Shown piece after piece: positions 39,555-50,076 of a stretch of DNA of 64,000 nucleotides. The notes under the pieces were generated by a model. That model ran no database searches, was not told the DNA's origin, and was given only the letters and a program-made list of their open reading frames with translations. The translations under genes were made by a program, and so were the position numbers. The DNA comes from a virus (lineage: Duplodnaviria; Heunggongvirae; Uroviricota; Caudoviricetes). The first letter of the stretch is position 1; each line of letters begins with the position of its first letter. Location of the stretch: IMG/VR virus record IMGVR_UViG_3300032294_002926. One strand, 5' to 3'.

Positions 39555-40592
39555 ATGAAAATAGGAGTGATCACAGACACCCATTGGACTTTTAAAAAAT
39601 CCTCTAAACATATACATGATTACTTTGAACTTTTTTATAGAGATATTTTCTTTCCAACTCTAGAAAAATATAATATTAATATAGTCATTCATATGGGTGA
39701 TGCCTTTGATAATCGTAAAAGCATCGATTTTTGGGGATTGGATTGGACTCGTAGAATTGTTTTAGATCCTCTTTCAAAGTATGATGTTCACATGATTATA
39801 GGAAATCATGATATTTTTCTTCGAAACTCCACTCAAATTAATTCTCCAAATCTTTTATTAAAAGATTACCCAAATATTAAGGTTTATTTCGAACCAACGA
39901 ACACAAAAATTCATGATTTAGATGTTACATTTATTCCTTGGATTTGTGATGATAATTACAATCAGACAAATAAAATTATTCAAAATTCAAGAGCAAAAGT
40001 TGTTTTCGGTCATTTAGAACTACAAGGATTCAATGTAAATAGAAATTTGGTAATGGATGATCATGGAATGAATCCAAAGATTTTTGAAAAATTCGAACGT
40101 GTATATTCCGGTCATTATCATACTCGTTCAAATAATGGGAAAATATTTTATTTAGGGAATCCATATGAAATGTTTTGGAATGATATTAACGATCCAAGAG
40201 GATTTACTATATTTGATACGGTAACACTCACTCATACGCCAATCAATAATCCTTATAAATTATTTTATAACATTTACTATGAAGATACTCCATATCAAAC
40301 TTTTAATGCATCTGAATATAAAGATAAAATTGTAAAAGTGATTGTTCGTAAAAAATCAAATCCAAAAAACTTTGAAAAAGTTATTCATAAACTTTATGAT
40401 GTTGGAGTAAATGATTTAAAAATTATTGAAAATTTTAATCTTATTGAAGATGAAGATTTTAAAGTTTTTGAAGAAGAAAATACTTTAGGAATTTTAAATA
40501 GATATATTGATGATTCTGAATTTCAATATGATAAAACGGTTCTTAAAAATGTTTTTCAAAACCTTTATAAACAAACTTCACAATTAGAATAA
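39555..40592 (+). CDS. gp47: recombination endonuclease (Mre11/SbcD-like)
   Basis: ITDTH; HMGDAFDNRK; IGNHD; SGHYH phosphoesterase motifs. Confidence 0.93.
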   Translation: MKIGVITDTHWTFKKSSKHIHDYFELFYRDIFFPTLEKYNINIVIHMGDAFDNRKSIDFWGLDWTRRIVLDPLSKYDVHMIIGNHDIFLRNSTQINSPNLLLKDYPNIKVYFEPTNTKIHDLDVTFIPWICDDNYNQTNKIIQNSRAKVVFGHLELQGFNVNRNLVMDDHGMNPKIFEKFERVYSGHYHTRSNNGKIFYLGNPYEMFWNDINDPRGFTIFDTVTLTHTPINNPYKLFYNIYYEDTPYQTFNASEYKDKIVKVIVRKKSNPKNFEKVIHKLYDVGVNDLKIIENFNLIEDEDFKVFEEENTLGILNRYIDDSEFQYDKTVLKNVFQNLYKQTSQLE

Positions 40593-40593
40593 C

Positions 40594-40869
40594 ATGTTTA
40601 TTCATACTCTTAAAAACAAAAAAGAAGATGGTGTATATGCTGTTAAAGATCAGTATGGACGTAAAGTTTTATTCTTCTTTGAAGAAGAAGATGATGCAGT
40701 TAGATATGCTTTAATGATTAAAGATGAAGAAGATATTGACATGGATATTGTAGAAGTAAATGATGAACTTGCAATAAAAACTTGTAGAATTTATAATTAC
40801 AAATATGCAGTTATTACACCTGATGATATTGTAATTCCACCTAAAAATTCTGATAATTTAAAAAAATAA
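40594..40869 (+). CDS. conserved hypothetical protein
   Basis: FEEEDDAVRYA..ITPDDIVIPP; between gp47 and gp46. Confidence 0.7.
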   Translation: MFIHTLKNKKEDGVYAVKDQYGRKVLFFFEEEDDAVRYALMIKDEEDIDMDIVEVNDELAIKTCRIYNYKYAVITPDDIVIPPKNSDNLKK

Positions 40870-40879
40870 AAATCAATCA

Positions 40880-40908
40880 TTGACTACAGAAAAATTTTCT
40901 GTTATAGT
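40880..40908 (+). promoter_or_regulatory. sigma70-type promoter
   Basis: TTGACT-17 nt-TATAGT with TG extension, upstream of gp46. Confidence 0.75.
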
Positions 40909-40993
40909 ATTCTAGAAAGAAAGAAAGTTCAATGCGTGATCATAGAATAAACTTTTTGAACTTAATTATAATAAAACAGTCTCTTACATTAAA

Positions 40994-42718
40994 ATGATTA
41001 TTTTTAAAAAAATTAGATATCGAAATTTTTTGAGTTTTGGTAATCATTTTACTGAAATTGATTTTACAACACATAATACTAATTTGATTATTGGTAAAAA
41101 TGGAAAAGGTAAATCAACCTGCTTAGATGCACTAACTTTTGTACTTTTTAATAAAGCATTTCGTAAGATTAATAAAAATCAATTAATCAATTCTACAAAT
41201 GAAAAAGATTGTCTTGTTGAAATTGAATTTTCTATAGACAATACAAATTATTTTGTTCGTAGGGGCATCAAACCTAATATTTTTGATATTGAAGTTAATG
41301 GTGTCCCTTTGCACAAAGAAGCAGATGAACGTGCAAATCAAAAAATTCTAGAAGATAATATTTTAAAATTAAATTATAAATCTTTTACTCAAATTTGCAT
41401 AATGGGATCTAGTACATATATCCCATTTATGCAACTTACTGTTGCAAACCGTAGAGAAATTATTGAAGATTTATTAGATATAAGAATTTTTTCTGCAATG
41501 AATATTATTCTAAAAGATAAAATCAAAACAAATAAAGAAAAGATTAAACTCTTAGAATTGAAACGGGAAGTGATTGACGATAAGATAAAAATGCAGAAAA
41601 AATTTATTGAAGAACTTGATAATCGTGGTAATTCAAAGATTAAATCAAACAAAGAAAAGATTAATACATTGAATTTAGAAGTAGATTCTTATATGATAGA
41701 AAATTCTCAGAATGAAGAGAGAGTTTTTTCTTATATCAAAGAGCAGGAAGAAGTATCTAATGCTGGAGATAAGTTAATTAAATTAAATAATTTAAAAGGA
41801 AAAATATCACAAAAGATATCTACAATTACTAAAGACCACAAATTCTTTATAGAAAATACCGTTTGTCCTACTTGTACTCAGACAATAGAAGAGGATTTTC
41901 GTGTAAATAAAACCACAGAAACTCAAGATAAAGCAAAAGAACTTCGAGAAGGTTTTCGTGAACTTGAAAATACTATTAAGTTAGAACAAGAAAGAGAGCG
42001 TCAATTTATAGTTCTTTCTAGAGAGATCACAAAACTCAATCATGAAAATTCTAAGAACAATACTAAGATTTCACTCAACCAAAGACAAATTCAAGATCTT
42101 GAATCGGAAATTCAAACTATTACCGAACAACTTAAAAACAGAAATTCTGAACATCAAAAATTAAAAGAATTTGAAGATAGCATTCAATCATTAATTGATA
42201 ATATTTCAAAGAAAAAGGAAAGACTTATTTATTACGACTTTGCTTATTCATTATTAAAGGATGATGGAGTGAAAACAAAGATTATTAAAAAATATCTGCC
42301 ACTCATAAATCAACAAGTAAATCGTTATCTCCAGATGATGGAATTTTATATTAATTTTGAATTTGATTCTGAATTTAATGAATGTATTAAATCTCCTATT
42401 CATGAGAATTTTTCATATAGTTCCTTCAGTGAAGGGGAAAAAGCGAGAATTAATCTTGCGATTATTTTTGCCTGGAGAGAAGTTGCAAAATTTAAAAATT
42501 CAGTAAATTGCAATCTTTTGATATTTGATGAAGTATTTGATGGTGCTCTTGATAACATGGGCACAGAAGAATTTCTTAAAATTATTCGTTATTACATTAA
42601 AGATTCTAATATATTTGTTATCTCTCATAAAGATGGTTTACAAGATAAATTCGATAGAATAATTCAATTCGAAAAGAAAAATGGATTTTCACATAAAGTT
42701 GATCAAATTCATAAATAA
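40994..42718 (+). CDS. gp46: recombination ATPase (Rad50/SbcC-like)
   Basis: GKNGKGKST Walker A; CPTC hook; FSEGEKARI signature; IFDEVFD. Confidence 0.95.
   Translation: MIIFKKIRYRNFLSFGNHFTEIDFTTHNTNLIIGKNGKGKSTCLDALTFVLFNKAFRKINKNQLINSTNEKDCLVEIEFSIDNTNYFVRRGIKPNIFDIEVNGVPLHKEADERANQKILEDNILKLNYKSFTQICIMGSSTYIPFMQLTVANRREIIEDLLDIRIFSAMNIILKDKIKTNKEKIKLLELKREVIDDKIKMQKKFIEELDNRGNSKIKSNKEKINTLNLEVDSYMIENSQNEERVFSYIKEQEEVSNAGDKLIKLNNLKGKISQKISTITKDHKFFIENTVCPTCTQTIEEDFRVNKTTETQDKAKELREGFRELENTIKLEQERERQFIVLSREITKLNHENSKNNTKISLNQRQIQDLESEIQTITEQLKNRNSEHQKLKEFEDSIQSLIDNISKKKERLIYYDFAYSLLKDDGVKTKIIKKYLPLINQQVNRYLQMMEFYINFEFDSEFNECIKSPIHENFSYSSFSEGEKARINLAIIFAWREVAKFKNSVNCNLLIFDEVFDGALDNMGTEEFLKIIRYYIKDSNIFVISHKDGLQDKFDRIIQFEKKNGFSHKVDQIHK
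42710..42717 (+). promoter_or_regulatory. late promoter variant CATAAATA
   Basis: 23 nt upstream of ORF 42741. Confidence 0.6.
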
Positions 42719-42740
42719 AAATATAGATTTTTAAAAAAAA

Positions 42741-43598
42741 ATGGAAGTAAATAAATTAAAGTTTTTGTCTGAAGCATATGTAGGAATTTATGAAGATAAA
42801 AATTCTTATGAAGACTATAATTCGGAATATTCGAATGAAGATGATTTAGATCAAATAATGGAAGAATTAGTTTATGAACTTATTGATGATGGACTTGATA
42901 TAGATAGTGTAGAGGACATTTTTGAGACAGTTTTACTTGAATTGAATCCTTATGCTCCTGCTGGTTCTAGAGAGGCAAAAGCATATAATAAATCGACTAC
43001 TAATACGAAAAGAAAATCTGAAAGACAAAAGCAACGTGATGTAAATGTTGCAAAGGTAAAAGATTCCGTTAAAACTGCTATTGATAAAGCGAAAAAAACC
43101 AAAAAATCGGTAGATTCATCTATAAAAAGTTCAAAACAAAAGTCTCATGTTTCTTTGGCGAAATATGCATCAAAAAGAGAATTAATGCCAGGTGCTGGTC
43201 TTAAAACACAATCAAGTAAAGGTAGAGGTGAACTTCGTTCCGCAGTTGCGAAAGATGTTGCATCTAGAACAAAAGAAAAAGTTAAAAGTGCTGGTAAAAA
43301 AGTAACTTCTAGTGCACAAAAAGCAGGTCAAGCGGTTCAGAGTGCATCAGATAGAACCAGAGAGAAAATTCAAAATGTAGCGGCATCAACAAAGTCTGGA
43401 ATTAAAAAAGGACTTCGTGGATTAGCTTTAGGTGTTGCAAGAAGAATGAAAGAAGATGTTGATCAGGATGTCTATGATATCATTCTTTCTCATCTACTTG
43501 ATGAAGGTTATGCAACAACTATAGAATCTGCGGGAGCAATTATGGTAAATATGAGTGAAGAATGGAAACAAAGTATTCTTGAAGGAGAGTACTCATAA
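42741..43598 (+). CDS. hypothetical protein: acidic modules flanking a Lys/Ala-rich tract
   Basis: LSEAY start; C-terminal VYDIILSHLLDEGYA..MVNMSEEWK module. Confidence 0.75.
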   Translation: MEVNKLKFLSEAYVGIYEDKNSYEDYNSEYSNEDDLDQIMEELVYELIDDGLDIDSVEDIFETVLLELNPYAPAGSREAKAYNKSTTNTKRKSERQKQRDVNVAKVKDSVKTAIDKAKKTKKSVDSSIKSSKQKSHVSLAKYASKRELMPGAGLKTQSSKGRGELRSAVAKDVASRTKEKVKSAGKKVTSSAQKAGQAVQSASDRTREKIQNVAASTKSGIKKGLRGLALGVARRMKEDVDQDVYDIILSHLLDEGYATTIESAGAIMVNMSEEWKQSILEGEYS

Positions 43599-43638
43599 AA
43601 AATATCATTATATAATGTGTTGAATATAGTGCCTGATA

Positions 43639-44076
43639 ATGTTTGATATCAGAATCATAGGTGATAAAATTCTCACCCAAAAAGCAAAAAGAGTTGCGAA
43701 AATAGATGATACAATTCGTACTTTGTGTGCATCTATGGCCAATGCCATGATCAAAAACAATGGTATTGGACTCGCAGCAAATCAGATTGGGATACTTAAA
43801 AGAATTATTATAGTTTTAAATAAAGAAACAATTATTACAATGATAAATCCAGAAATCATTGATTTCTCTGAAAAAACCTGTAATTTGAAAGAGGGATGTT
43901 TAAGTATTCCAAACACTTATATTTTAATTAATCGACCAGAAACAGTTACAGTTAAATATAGAGATACAAGAGGAAAACCTCATTTAGAAACTTATAGTGG
44001 TCTTACCTCAAGAGTAATTCAACATGAAATAGAGCATTTAGATGGAATTCTAATGACAAAAAATATAAATAACTAA
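43639..44076 (+). CDS. def: peptide deformylase
   Basis: GIGLAANQIG, EGCLS and QHEIEHLDG motifs. Confidence 0.93.
   Translation: MFDIRIIGDKILTQKAKRVAKIDDTIRTLCASMANAMIKNNGIGLAANQIGILKRIIIVLNKETIITMINPEIIDFSEKTCNLKEGCLSIPNTYILINRPETVTVKYRDTRGKPHLETYSGLTSRVIQHEIEHLDGILMTKNINN
44064..44071 (+). promoter_or_regulatory. late promoter TATAAATA
   Basis: Exact consensus 23 nt upstream of ORF 44095. Confidence 0.75.
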
Positions 44077-44094
44077 AAAGTATTTAATAAAAAA

Positions 44095-45258
44095 ATGAGA
44101 GATCAGGAAATTGTTAGTTTAGCTGAAGCATATACTTCTATTTACGAACAAGAAGAAATTACTTCAGAAATCGAATCTGCAGCTGAATACTTTTGTTATC
44201 TCGGTTTAAATGAGGAAGGAGTTCGTATTGTAAGTGAACAATTGGGTGATGAAGAATTTTTAAATTTCATTTCAGATATAAATGAAAATTTAAATACTGA
44301 AGAATTATATTTTAATGAAGCAAGAAGAGGTGGAGTAAAAATTGAACCTAAAACTGCAAAGGGTAAAGAAATTAAAGGTAAACCAACTGCGGCATCTTTA
44401 AAGAGATTACGTGCAAAAAAAGAAGAAAGAAGACGATCAGAAGAATCATCTTCTGAATCTAAACCATCTGGAATGAAGGCATCTCTTTCTAGACAATCTG
44501 CTGCAGTCGAGACTGCAAAGAAAAATCAACCAAAACATCGTCCAGTATTAGACACTGTAGCAAGAGGTGTTATGGGATTGGTTTCTTCTGCTCAAAAAAG
44601 ATCTAAAAAAGATGTGGAAAGAAGAAAAGAATTTATGAGTGCTGCCCGTGAGACCGGAAAAACAATTCGTAAGGCCTCTGGGCATCTTGGAGGAGTTGCA
44701 AAAGAAGTTGGAAAAGGTATGTCTGGTACTGCTAAATTGGCAGGTCATTTAGTGACTAAAGGACTCAAAGAGAGATTTGAGAATTGGTTGGAAGAACTCA
44801 TCGAAGAAGGATATGATTTGAGTGAATATACTTTGGATGAAATGTTTGATTTTTATCTCTCTGAAGATACAAATCTTTTTGACTACATTGTAGAATATTT
44901 GATTTCGGAGGGTCATGCAGATGATGAAGAATTTGCAATTGAAATTATGGCAAATATGGATGAAGAATTGATTTCTGAACTTATTCCTATGCCTAATTTC
45001 GGTAAACCATCTCCACCTAAAAAACCATTGACTCCTTTGCAGCAAAAATTTCAATCTGCCGGAAAAGAATCTAATCTTGGTATCTTAAAATCTATGGGGA
45101 GATCTTTGATTCAAGGTCAACCTAGACCGCAAGGAAGTACTCCTGAGTTAAGGAGACTTGAAGGTGAACGTAGACAAGGTTTAGGTCCACAACAATCTAC
45201 TGCTGCAAAACAAGAACGACTTCGCTTACAAACTCAGGCAAAACTACCAAAAATGTAA
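44095..45258 (+). CDS. hypothetical protein related to 42741 (acidic/basic modules)
   Basis: LAEAY start; LIEEGYDLSEYT and LFDYIVEYLISEGHA..IMANMDEE modules. Confidence 0.75.
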   Translation: MRDQEIVSLAEAYTSIYEQEEITSEIESAAEYFCYLGLNEEGVRIVSEQLGDEEFLNFISDINENLNTEELYFNEARRGGVKIEPKTAKGKEIKGKPTAASLKRLRAKKEERRRSEESSSESKPSGMKASLSRQSAAVETAKKNQPKHRPVLDTVARGVMGLVSSAQKRSKKDVERRKEFMSAARETGKTIRKASGHLGGVAKEVGKGMSGTAKLAGHLVTKGLKERFENWLEELIEEGYDLSEYTLDEMFDFYLSEDTNLFDYIVEYLISEGHADDEEFAIEIMANMDEELISELIPMPNFGKPSPPKKPLTPLQQKFQSAGKESNLGILKSMGRSLIQGQPRPQGSTPELRRLEGERRQGLGPQQSTAAKQERLRLQTQAKLPKM

Positions 45259-45284
45259 GAATACAAAAATACATCATTCATTTT

Positions 45285-45310
45285 AAAGAGGGTATATACC
45301 CTCTTTTTTT
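45285..45310 (+). terminator. rho-independent terminator
   Basis: AAAGAGGGT-ATAT-ACCCTCTTT followed by Ts. Confidence 0.9.
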
Positions 45311-45331
45311 ATGAAAGGAAATGACTGGTAT

Positions 45332-45386
45332 GACAGTTTCACAACTGTATGAAAGGCATAGTGTTTTTTCTTCCTCTTGATATGAT
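45332..45386 (+). promoter_or_regulatory. palindromic box GACAGTT-TCAC-AACTGTA plus extended -10 TGaTATGAT
   Basis: Copy 3 of 5; 31-nt spacing. Confidence 0.65.
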
Positions 45387-45409
45387 GGCAGCATATTTGA
45401 GGAAAACTA

Positions 45410-47581
45410 ATGACTGTCAATTACGAAATTAAAGGAATGCTCGCCAAACTTTTGGCAACAGAAGATATTATTGTCGAGTGTCAGAATGTTCAAACTGCTT
45501 CTTTTAATGTTAAAACTCGCGTACTAACTCTTCCAATCTGGGAAGCAAGTGATACTGTCGTTGATCTTCTTGTTGCACATGAAGTAGGGCATTCCAGAGA
45601 AACTCCCAGTGACGATTGGTCTAAAGGAACTATAAAAATTCCTGCTCACTTTATGAATGTGGTTGAAGATGCCAGAGTTGAAAAAAAGATGAAGCGTCGT
45701 TATCAGGGTCTAGCAAAAACTTTTATCAATGGATATAAAGAACTATTTGATCAGGATTTTTTCAAAATCGGTGACAAAGATGTAGGAAAGTATAACTTGG
45801 CTGATCGTGCAAATCTTTATTTTAAGATTGGTCATCTTATTGATATTCCGATTAAACAAGGAGAAGAATCCGATATTGTTAAAAAAATTGCAGATTCTGA
45901 AACTTTTAAAGATGTTATGTATGTTTCGGAATTACTTTATAATTACTGTAAACGTGAGATAAATCAATCCCCTACACCTTCTCAAAGTGAATTTGATTTT
46001 TCACAAATTACAGTTGGCGTACAATATATTGATGATGATAGTAATCAACAGGATGTGAATTCTGAATCAAAAACTGAAAATGATGAACAAGAAAAAATTG
46101 ATAAACTCTCACTCAACGATGATTCGAAAAGTGAGTCTGATGAAAATCAAGAAAAATCTGATAAAGATTCTGGGGAATCGGATCAAGATTTTGATAAAGA
46201 ACCTGAAGTTGAAACAATGAATTCATATGAAGAATCATTAGAAAAATTATTGAATACAAGTGGAATTAAAAGTAATTATCTTGAACTACCTCAAGATCTT
46301 GATTTGCAAAAACTGATTATCCCCAATTCAGAAATACATTCTTATTGTGAAAAATTTTGGAAATCCAATGCCAATCCTGAGAATTTTCAAAAATATTCTA
46401 GTAGTTCAGAACAAAATTTTAATGAATTTAAAAGATCTGCTCAAAAAGAAGTAAATTATTTGGTAAAAGAATTTGAGTGTCGCAAATCAGCTGATTCTTA
46501 TTCTAGAACAATGGTATCAAATACAGGAGTTCTTGATTGTAATCAATTACATACATACAAATATAATGATGATCTTTTTAAAAGAATATCTATTACACCA
46601 GATGGTAAAAATCATGGATTGATTTTTGTCTTGGATTGGTCTGGATCTATGTCTAAAACATTACTACCTACAATTAAACAACTTTATAACTTGATATGGT
46701 TCTGTAGAAAAGTATCCATTCCATTTGATGTTTATGCTTTTTCTGATGGATATGGGAAAAAGGACACTTCGGATAGATATCAAATTAAAGATAAAGTGAT
46801 TGAGATTACACCAGATTTTTATATGTTGAATATTCTTACCAGTAAGGTGAATAATTCTGTTTTAAATCAACAATTGAAAAATATCTTTAGAATTGCTGAA
46901 TTTTTTAATCCAGAATATCTGAGTGGACTTCCATTTGATATTGCTAGACAATTAATTCCAAGAAAACTTTTTCTTCATTCCACACCTTTGAACGAGGCAA
47001 TTATTTCATTGCACAAAATAATTCCAGACTTTAAAAATAGAAATAAACTTCAAAAAGTACATTGTATAATTCTTACAGATGGGGAATCAAACGAATCTTG
47101 TTTTCATAAAAAAATAGTTAAAAATGATGTTGAGCAATTTGAAAGACACTCCATTAGATATTATGCTCATTCTAATTATATTCGAGACCGAAAAACGGGG
47201 GCAACATATCTTTTAGATTATAGTAAATCTCCTACAGATGTTTTTCTTAGAAATATTAGAGATAATTTTCCAGATGTGAATTTTATTGGAATTAGATTAT
47301 TAGAAGGTGGTTATATTGGTCATGTTATTAATTCTTATTTGAATCGATCAGAATTAAGTACTGCTTTATCTTATTGGAGTAAAAATAAAACTTTTACTTT
47401 ATCGAATTCAGGATATCACTCATACTTTTTTATTCATTCTTCTCTTCTTTCTAGTGTAGTAAAAACAGAAGATAAAAAAGAAGCATCTAAATCTGAAATT
47501 AAAAATTCATTTATGAAAAATTTAAATGTCAAAAAAATGAACAAAAAGATTTTGAATGATTTTATCAATTTGATTATCTAA
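45410..47581 (+). CDS. CobT-like vWA protein with N-terminal HExxH motif (partner of the CobS-like AAA)
   Basis: AHEVGH; NVVEDARVE; MIDAS VLDWSGSM; ILTDGE. Confidence 0.8.
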   Translation: MTVNYEIKGMLAKLLATEDIIVECQNVQTASFNVKTRVLTLPIWEASDTVVDLLVAHEVGHSRETPSDDWSKGTIKIPAHFMNVVEDARVEKKMKRRYQGLAKTFINGYKELFDQDFFKIGDKDVGKYNLADRANLYFKIGHLIDIPIKQGEESDIVKKIADSETFKDVMYVSELLYNYCKREINQSPTPSQSEFDFSQITVGVQYIDDDSNQQDVNSESKTENDEQEKIDKLSLNDDSKSESDENQEKSDKDSGESDQDFDKEPEVETMNSYEESLEKLLNTSGIKSNYLELPQDLDLQKLIIPNSEIHSYCEKFWKSNANPENFQKYSSSSEQNFNEFKRSAQKEVNYLVKEFECRKSADSYSRTMVSNTGVLDCNQLHTYKYNDDLFKRISITPDGKNHGLIFVLDWSGSMSKTLLPTIKQLYNLIWFCRKVSIPFDVYAFSDGYGKKDTSDRYQIKDKVIEITPDFYMLNILTSKVNNSVLNQQLKNIFRIAEFFNPEYLSGLPFDIARQLIPRKLFLHSTPLNEAIISLHKIIPDFKNRNKLQKVHCIILTDGESNESCFHKKIVKNDVEQFERHSIRYYAHSNYIRDRKTGATYLLDYSKSPTDVFLRNIRDNFPDVNFIGIRLLEGGYIGHVINSYLNRSELSTALSYWSKNKTFTLSNSGYHSYFFIHSSLLSSVVKTEDKKEASKSEIKNSFMKNLNVKKMNKKILNDFINLII

Positions 47582-47591
47582 AAATCATTGG

Positions 47592-47647
47592 ACCACTTTT
47601 TAAACTGATCTAAGACTCAGATTTCCCCCACTATTTCATTTTATAAT
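47592..47647 (+). promoter_or_regulatory. palindromic box ACCACTT-TTTA-AACTGAT plus TATAAT
   Basis: Copy 4 of 5; 32-nt spacing; precedes the cobS N-half. Confidence 0.65.
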
Positions 47648-47678
47648 TATCTCAGTTCACAAAAACACCGAATTTATT

Positions 47679-48572
47679 ATGACTAATTTGACTTCTGTTC
47701 TTGATGAAACCTCTATCAAAGAACTTATCACTTACTATGGCACTAAAATTACATCTTCTGATATTAAAGGTTATTGTGCCTCTCGCAGTTTGAGTTATCA
47801 GACTATTACTAAAAAACTAGAACCTTTTAAAACCTCTCGTGGATGTTGGAATCTTGAAGTGACTCCAGAACAAATTGAAAGTCTTGAAAAATCATACAAT
47901 GCACCAACGGAAGTTTTGGATTCAATTAAAATCTTGGATGCAGAACAAGATAATCTGATACCTCGTAAAGATCCAAACTTTGTTGCCTTTGGAAATTTTT
48001 CAGATATTAAGAAAGTTATTAAATCTAATTTGTTTTATCCAACTTTCATTACAGGTCTTTCTGGAAATGGTAAAACATTTAGTGTCGAACAGGCATGTGC
48101 TCAGTTGAAACGTGAAATAATTCGAGTCAATATTACAATTGAAACCGATGCCGATGATCTTTTGGGTGGATTTCGAATGATTGCAGGTGAAACTGTTTGG
48201 TCTAATGGACCTGTGGTAGAAGCGATGCAACGTGGTGCGATTCTTCTATTGGATGAATGTCTTGATGAAAATCAAGAAGTTCTTGTAGGGACAGTTGATA
48301 ATTATGTTTCAATGAAACTTTCTGATATGGAATTTAATAAACAATATCCAGTGGTTAGTTTCAATATGAAAACTGGTGAATTGGAGAATGACTCTGGTTT
48401 CATTATTTCCGATAAGGATGATGATATCTACGAAGTTGAACTTGAGGATGGTCGCACAATTAGACTTAATTCAAAACATCCATTCATTGTGCATAATGAA
48501 GATGGTACATTTTCAGAAAAAACAATTTCTGATGGTCTTAGTATTGGACAGAATGTAGTATCTTTCACTTAA
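47679..48572 (+). CDS. cobS: CobS/MoxR-like AAA ATPase, N-half + IntN
   Basis: GLSGNGKT Walker A; ETDADDLLGG; AILLLDE then CLDENQEVLV. Confidence 0.88.
   Translation: MTNLTSVLDETSIKELITYYGTKITSSDIKGYCASRSLSYQTITKKLEPFKTSRGCWNLEVTPEQIESLEKSYNAPTEVLDSIKILDAEQDNLIPRKDPNFVAFGNFSDIKKVIKSNLFYPTFITGLSGNGKTFSVEQACAQLKREIIRVNITIETDADDLLGGFRMIAGETVWSNGPVVEAMQRGAILLLDECLDENQEVLVGTVDNYVSMKLSDMEFNKQYPVVSFNMKTGELENDSGFIISDKDDDIYEVELEDGRTIRLNSKHPFIVHNEDGTFSEKTISDGLSIGQNVVSFT
48258..48569 (+). mobile_element. split intein CobS, N-fragment (104 aa, acidic)
   Basis: Block A CLDENQEV; VVSFN..TGELE; block B LNSKHPF; stop at 48570. Confidence 0.9.
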
Positions 48573-48601
48573 GATTGAATCGCATAATTATAATGCTCTT
48601 T

Positions 48602-48628
48602 ACCGAAGTTATTCTAAATAACTTCGGT
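48602..48628 (+). promoter_or_regulatory. perfect 12-bp hairpin containing late-promoter-like CTAAATA
   Basis: ACCGAAGTTATT-CTA-AATAACTTCGGT, 11 nt before the endonuclease ATG. Confidence 0.6.
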
Positions 48629-48639
48629 TATTTATACAT

Positions 48640-50076
48640 ATGGAATTCACATTTATAAAAACTTCTAAAACTTTTACAAACTTTAAGTCCTTTTTAAATC
48701 ATGTAAGATGTTACTCTAAAAAACATAATATTGATCTTAATTTTTTATTGAAAGAAAATTATGATCACTATTGTCCAATAAAAAACAAAATATGTAAACA
48801 TTGTTATTCTGAATGTCCATATAACGGTTATTATAAAGGTTACGAAAATCCTTGCTTCTCTTCAGAGTGTTATAAAAAATTCGTCTCATATAATAGAGAT
48901 TATTATTCCAATAAAATTAATTCAGGGTATTATGATCTTTATGATGATAAAAAATATAAATGTTTTTTCAGTAAAAGATATTTTGATATTACTAATGAGA
49001 AAATAACTACAAATAACATTTTTTTTGTGGATAAAAAATGCGTTATATGTAATTCTTTAATGTCAAATATATCATTATTTTCAAGAGATGTTAATAATCA
49101 AACTTGTTCTAATAAATGTAAACATAAAATAATATCTTCAAAAACAAGAAAAAGATGTTTATACAATTTAGAAGAAAATATATTCAAAAGCGATAATGAG
49201 TTAAATCATTATATCTTTAAGAATAAAAAATACCCTTTTAATGATAAGTATGAGATGAATAATACTTTGATTGAAAAATTTAAAAATAAACCTGAATTTC
49301 AAATACCACCAAAAAAAAGTATTGTATATTTTTCTAAAAAATATAATTTATATTTTTTTAATTTAAAAGGATCTAAGATAAGGAGTAGTCTCTATAGATA
49401 TCTGGGTAGTGATTCTGAATATTTAAATTATCATATTGAAAATAATTTAGGTAAAACTGAATGCCCTGGATGCAAAAAGAAAATTTTATTTCAAGACGTT
49501 TTTGGTAAAAAATATATTGATACTAAATATTGTTCATCTTCTTGTTATTGGGATTCGTCTGTCGGGAGAGTTATACCCGAAAATGTAAGAAAAAAGCATT
49601 CTGAATCAATGAAAAAAATTATTTTTGATGGTAAGTATACACCTACTATCACAAATAGTTGGTGTAAATCAAAAACAAAGGTTATAATTAATGGAAAAGA
49701 TGAATTTGTTAGATCCTCTTGGGAAGCTGTTTTTTGGGCACTTAATCAAGATCTTATGTATGAAGTTGTTAGAATAAAATATGTCGATATCAATAAAAAA
49801 CAAAGAAATTATATTGTTGATTTTTATTCAAAAGAAAGAAAATGTTTATATGAAATAAAACCTAAAAGTGAGAAACAGAAACCAAATAACATATTAAAAG
49901 AAAAATATGCTTTAAAATACTGTAAAGAAATGAACATGAGTTATGTTATTATTGATGAGAATTATTTTATTGAAAAAATTAAAGAAGTGGATTGGAATAA
50001 TATGAACCAATTTATTTCCGAAGAAACTATTGTAAAATTTAAAAAAGGAATCGGACCATTTCAAAAACTGTCATAA
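48640..50076 (+). mobile_element. free-standing endonuclease (CxxC repeats + TnsA-like PD-(D/E)XK domain)
   Basis: Several CxxC/CSxxC motifs; RSSWE..YE..IKY..RNYIVDFY..LYEIKP; sits between the intein halves. Confidence 0.78.

Noticed and set aside
40932-40997. 21-codon ORF overlapping the gp46 start (ATGA)
   Set aside because: No SD or recognisable motif; such ORFs arise readily by chance in AT-rich DNA.
43639-44076. Peptide deformylase as a novelty
   Set aside because: An already described cyanophage auxiliary gene with ordinary motifs.
18953-50076. Spacer endonucleases interpreted as group I intron ORFs
   Set aside because: The ORFs fill nearly all the space between the halves, leaving no room for a ribozyme core, and the flanks encode intein fragments.
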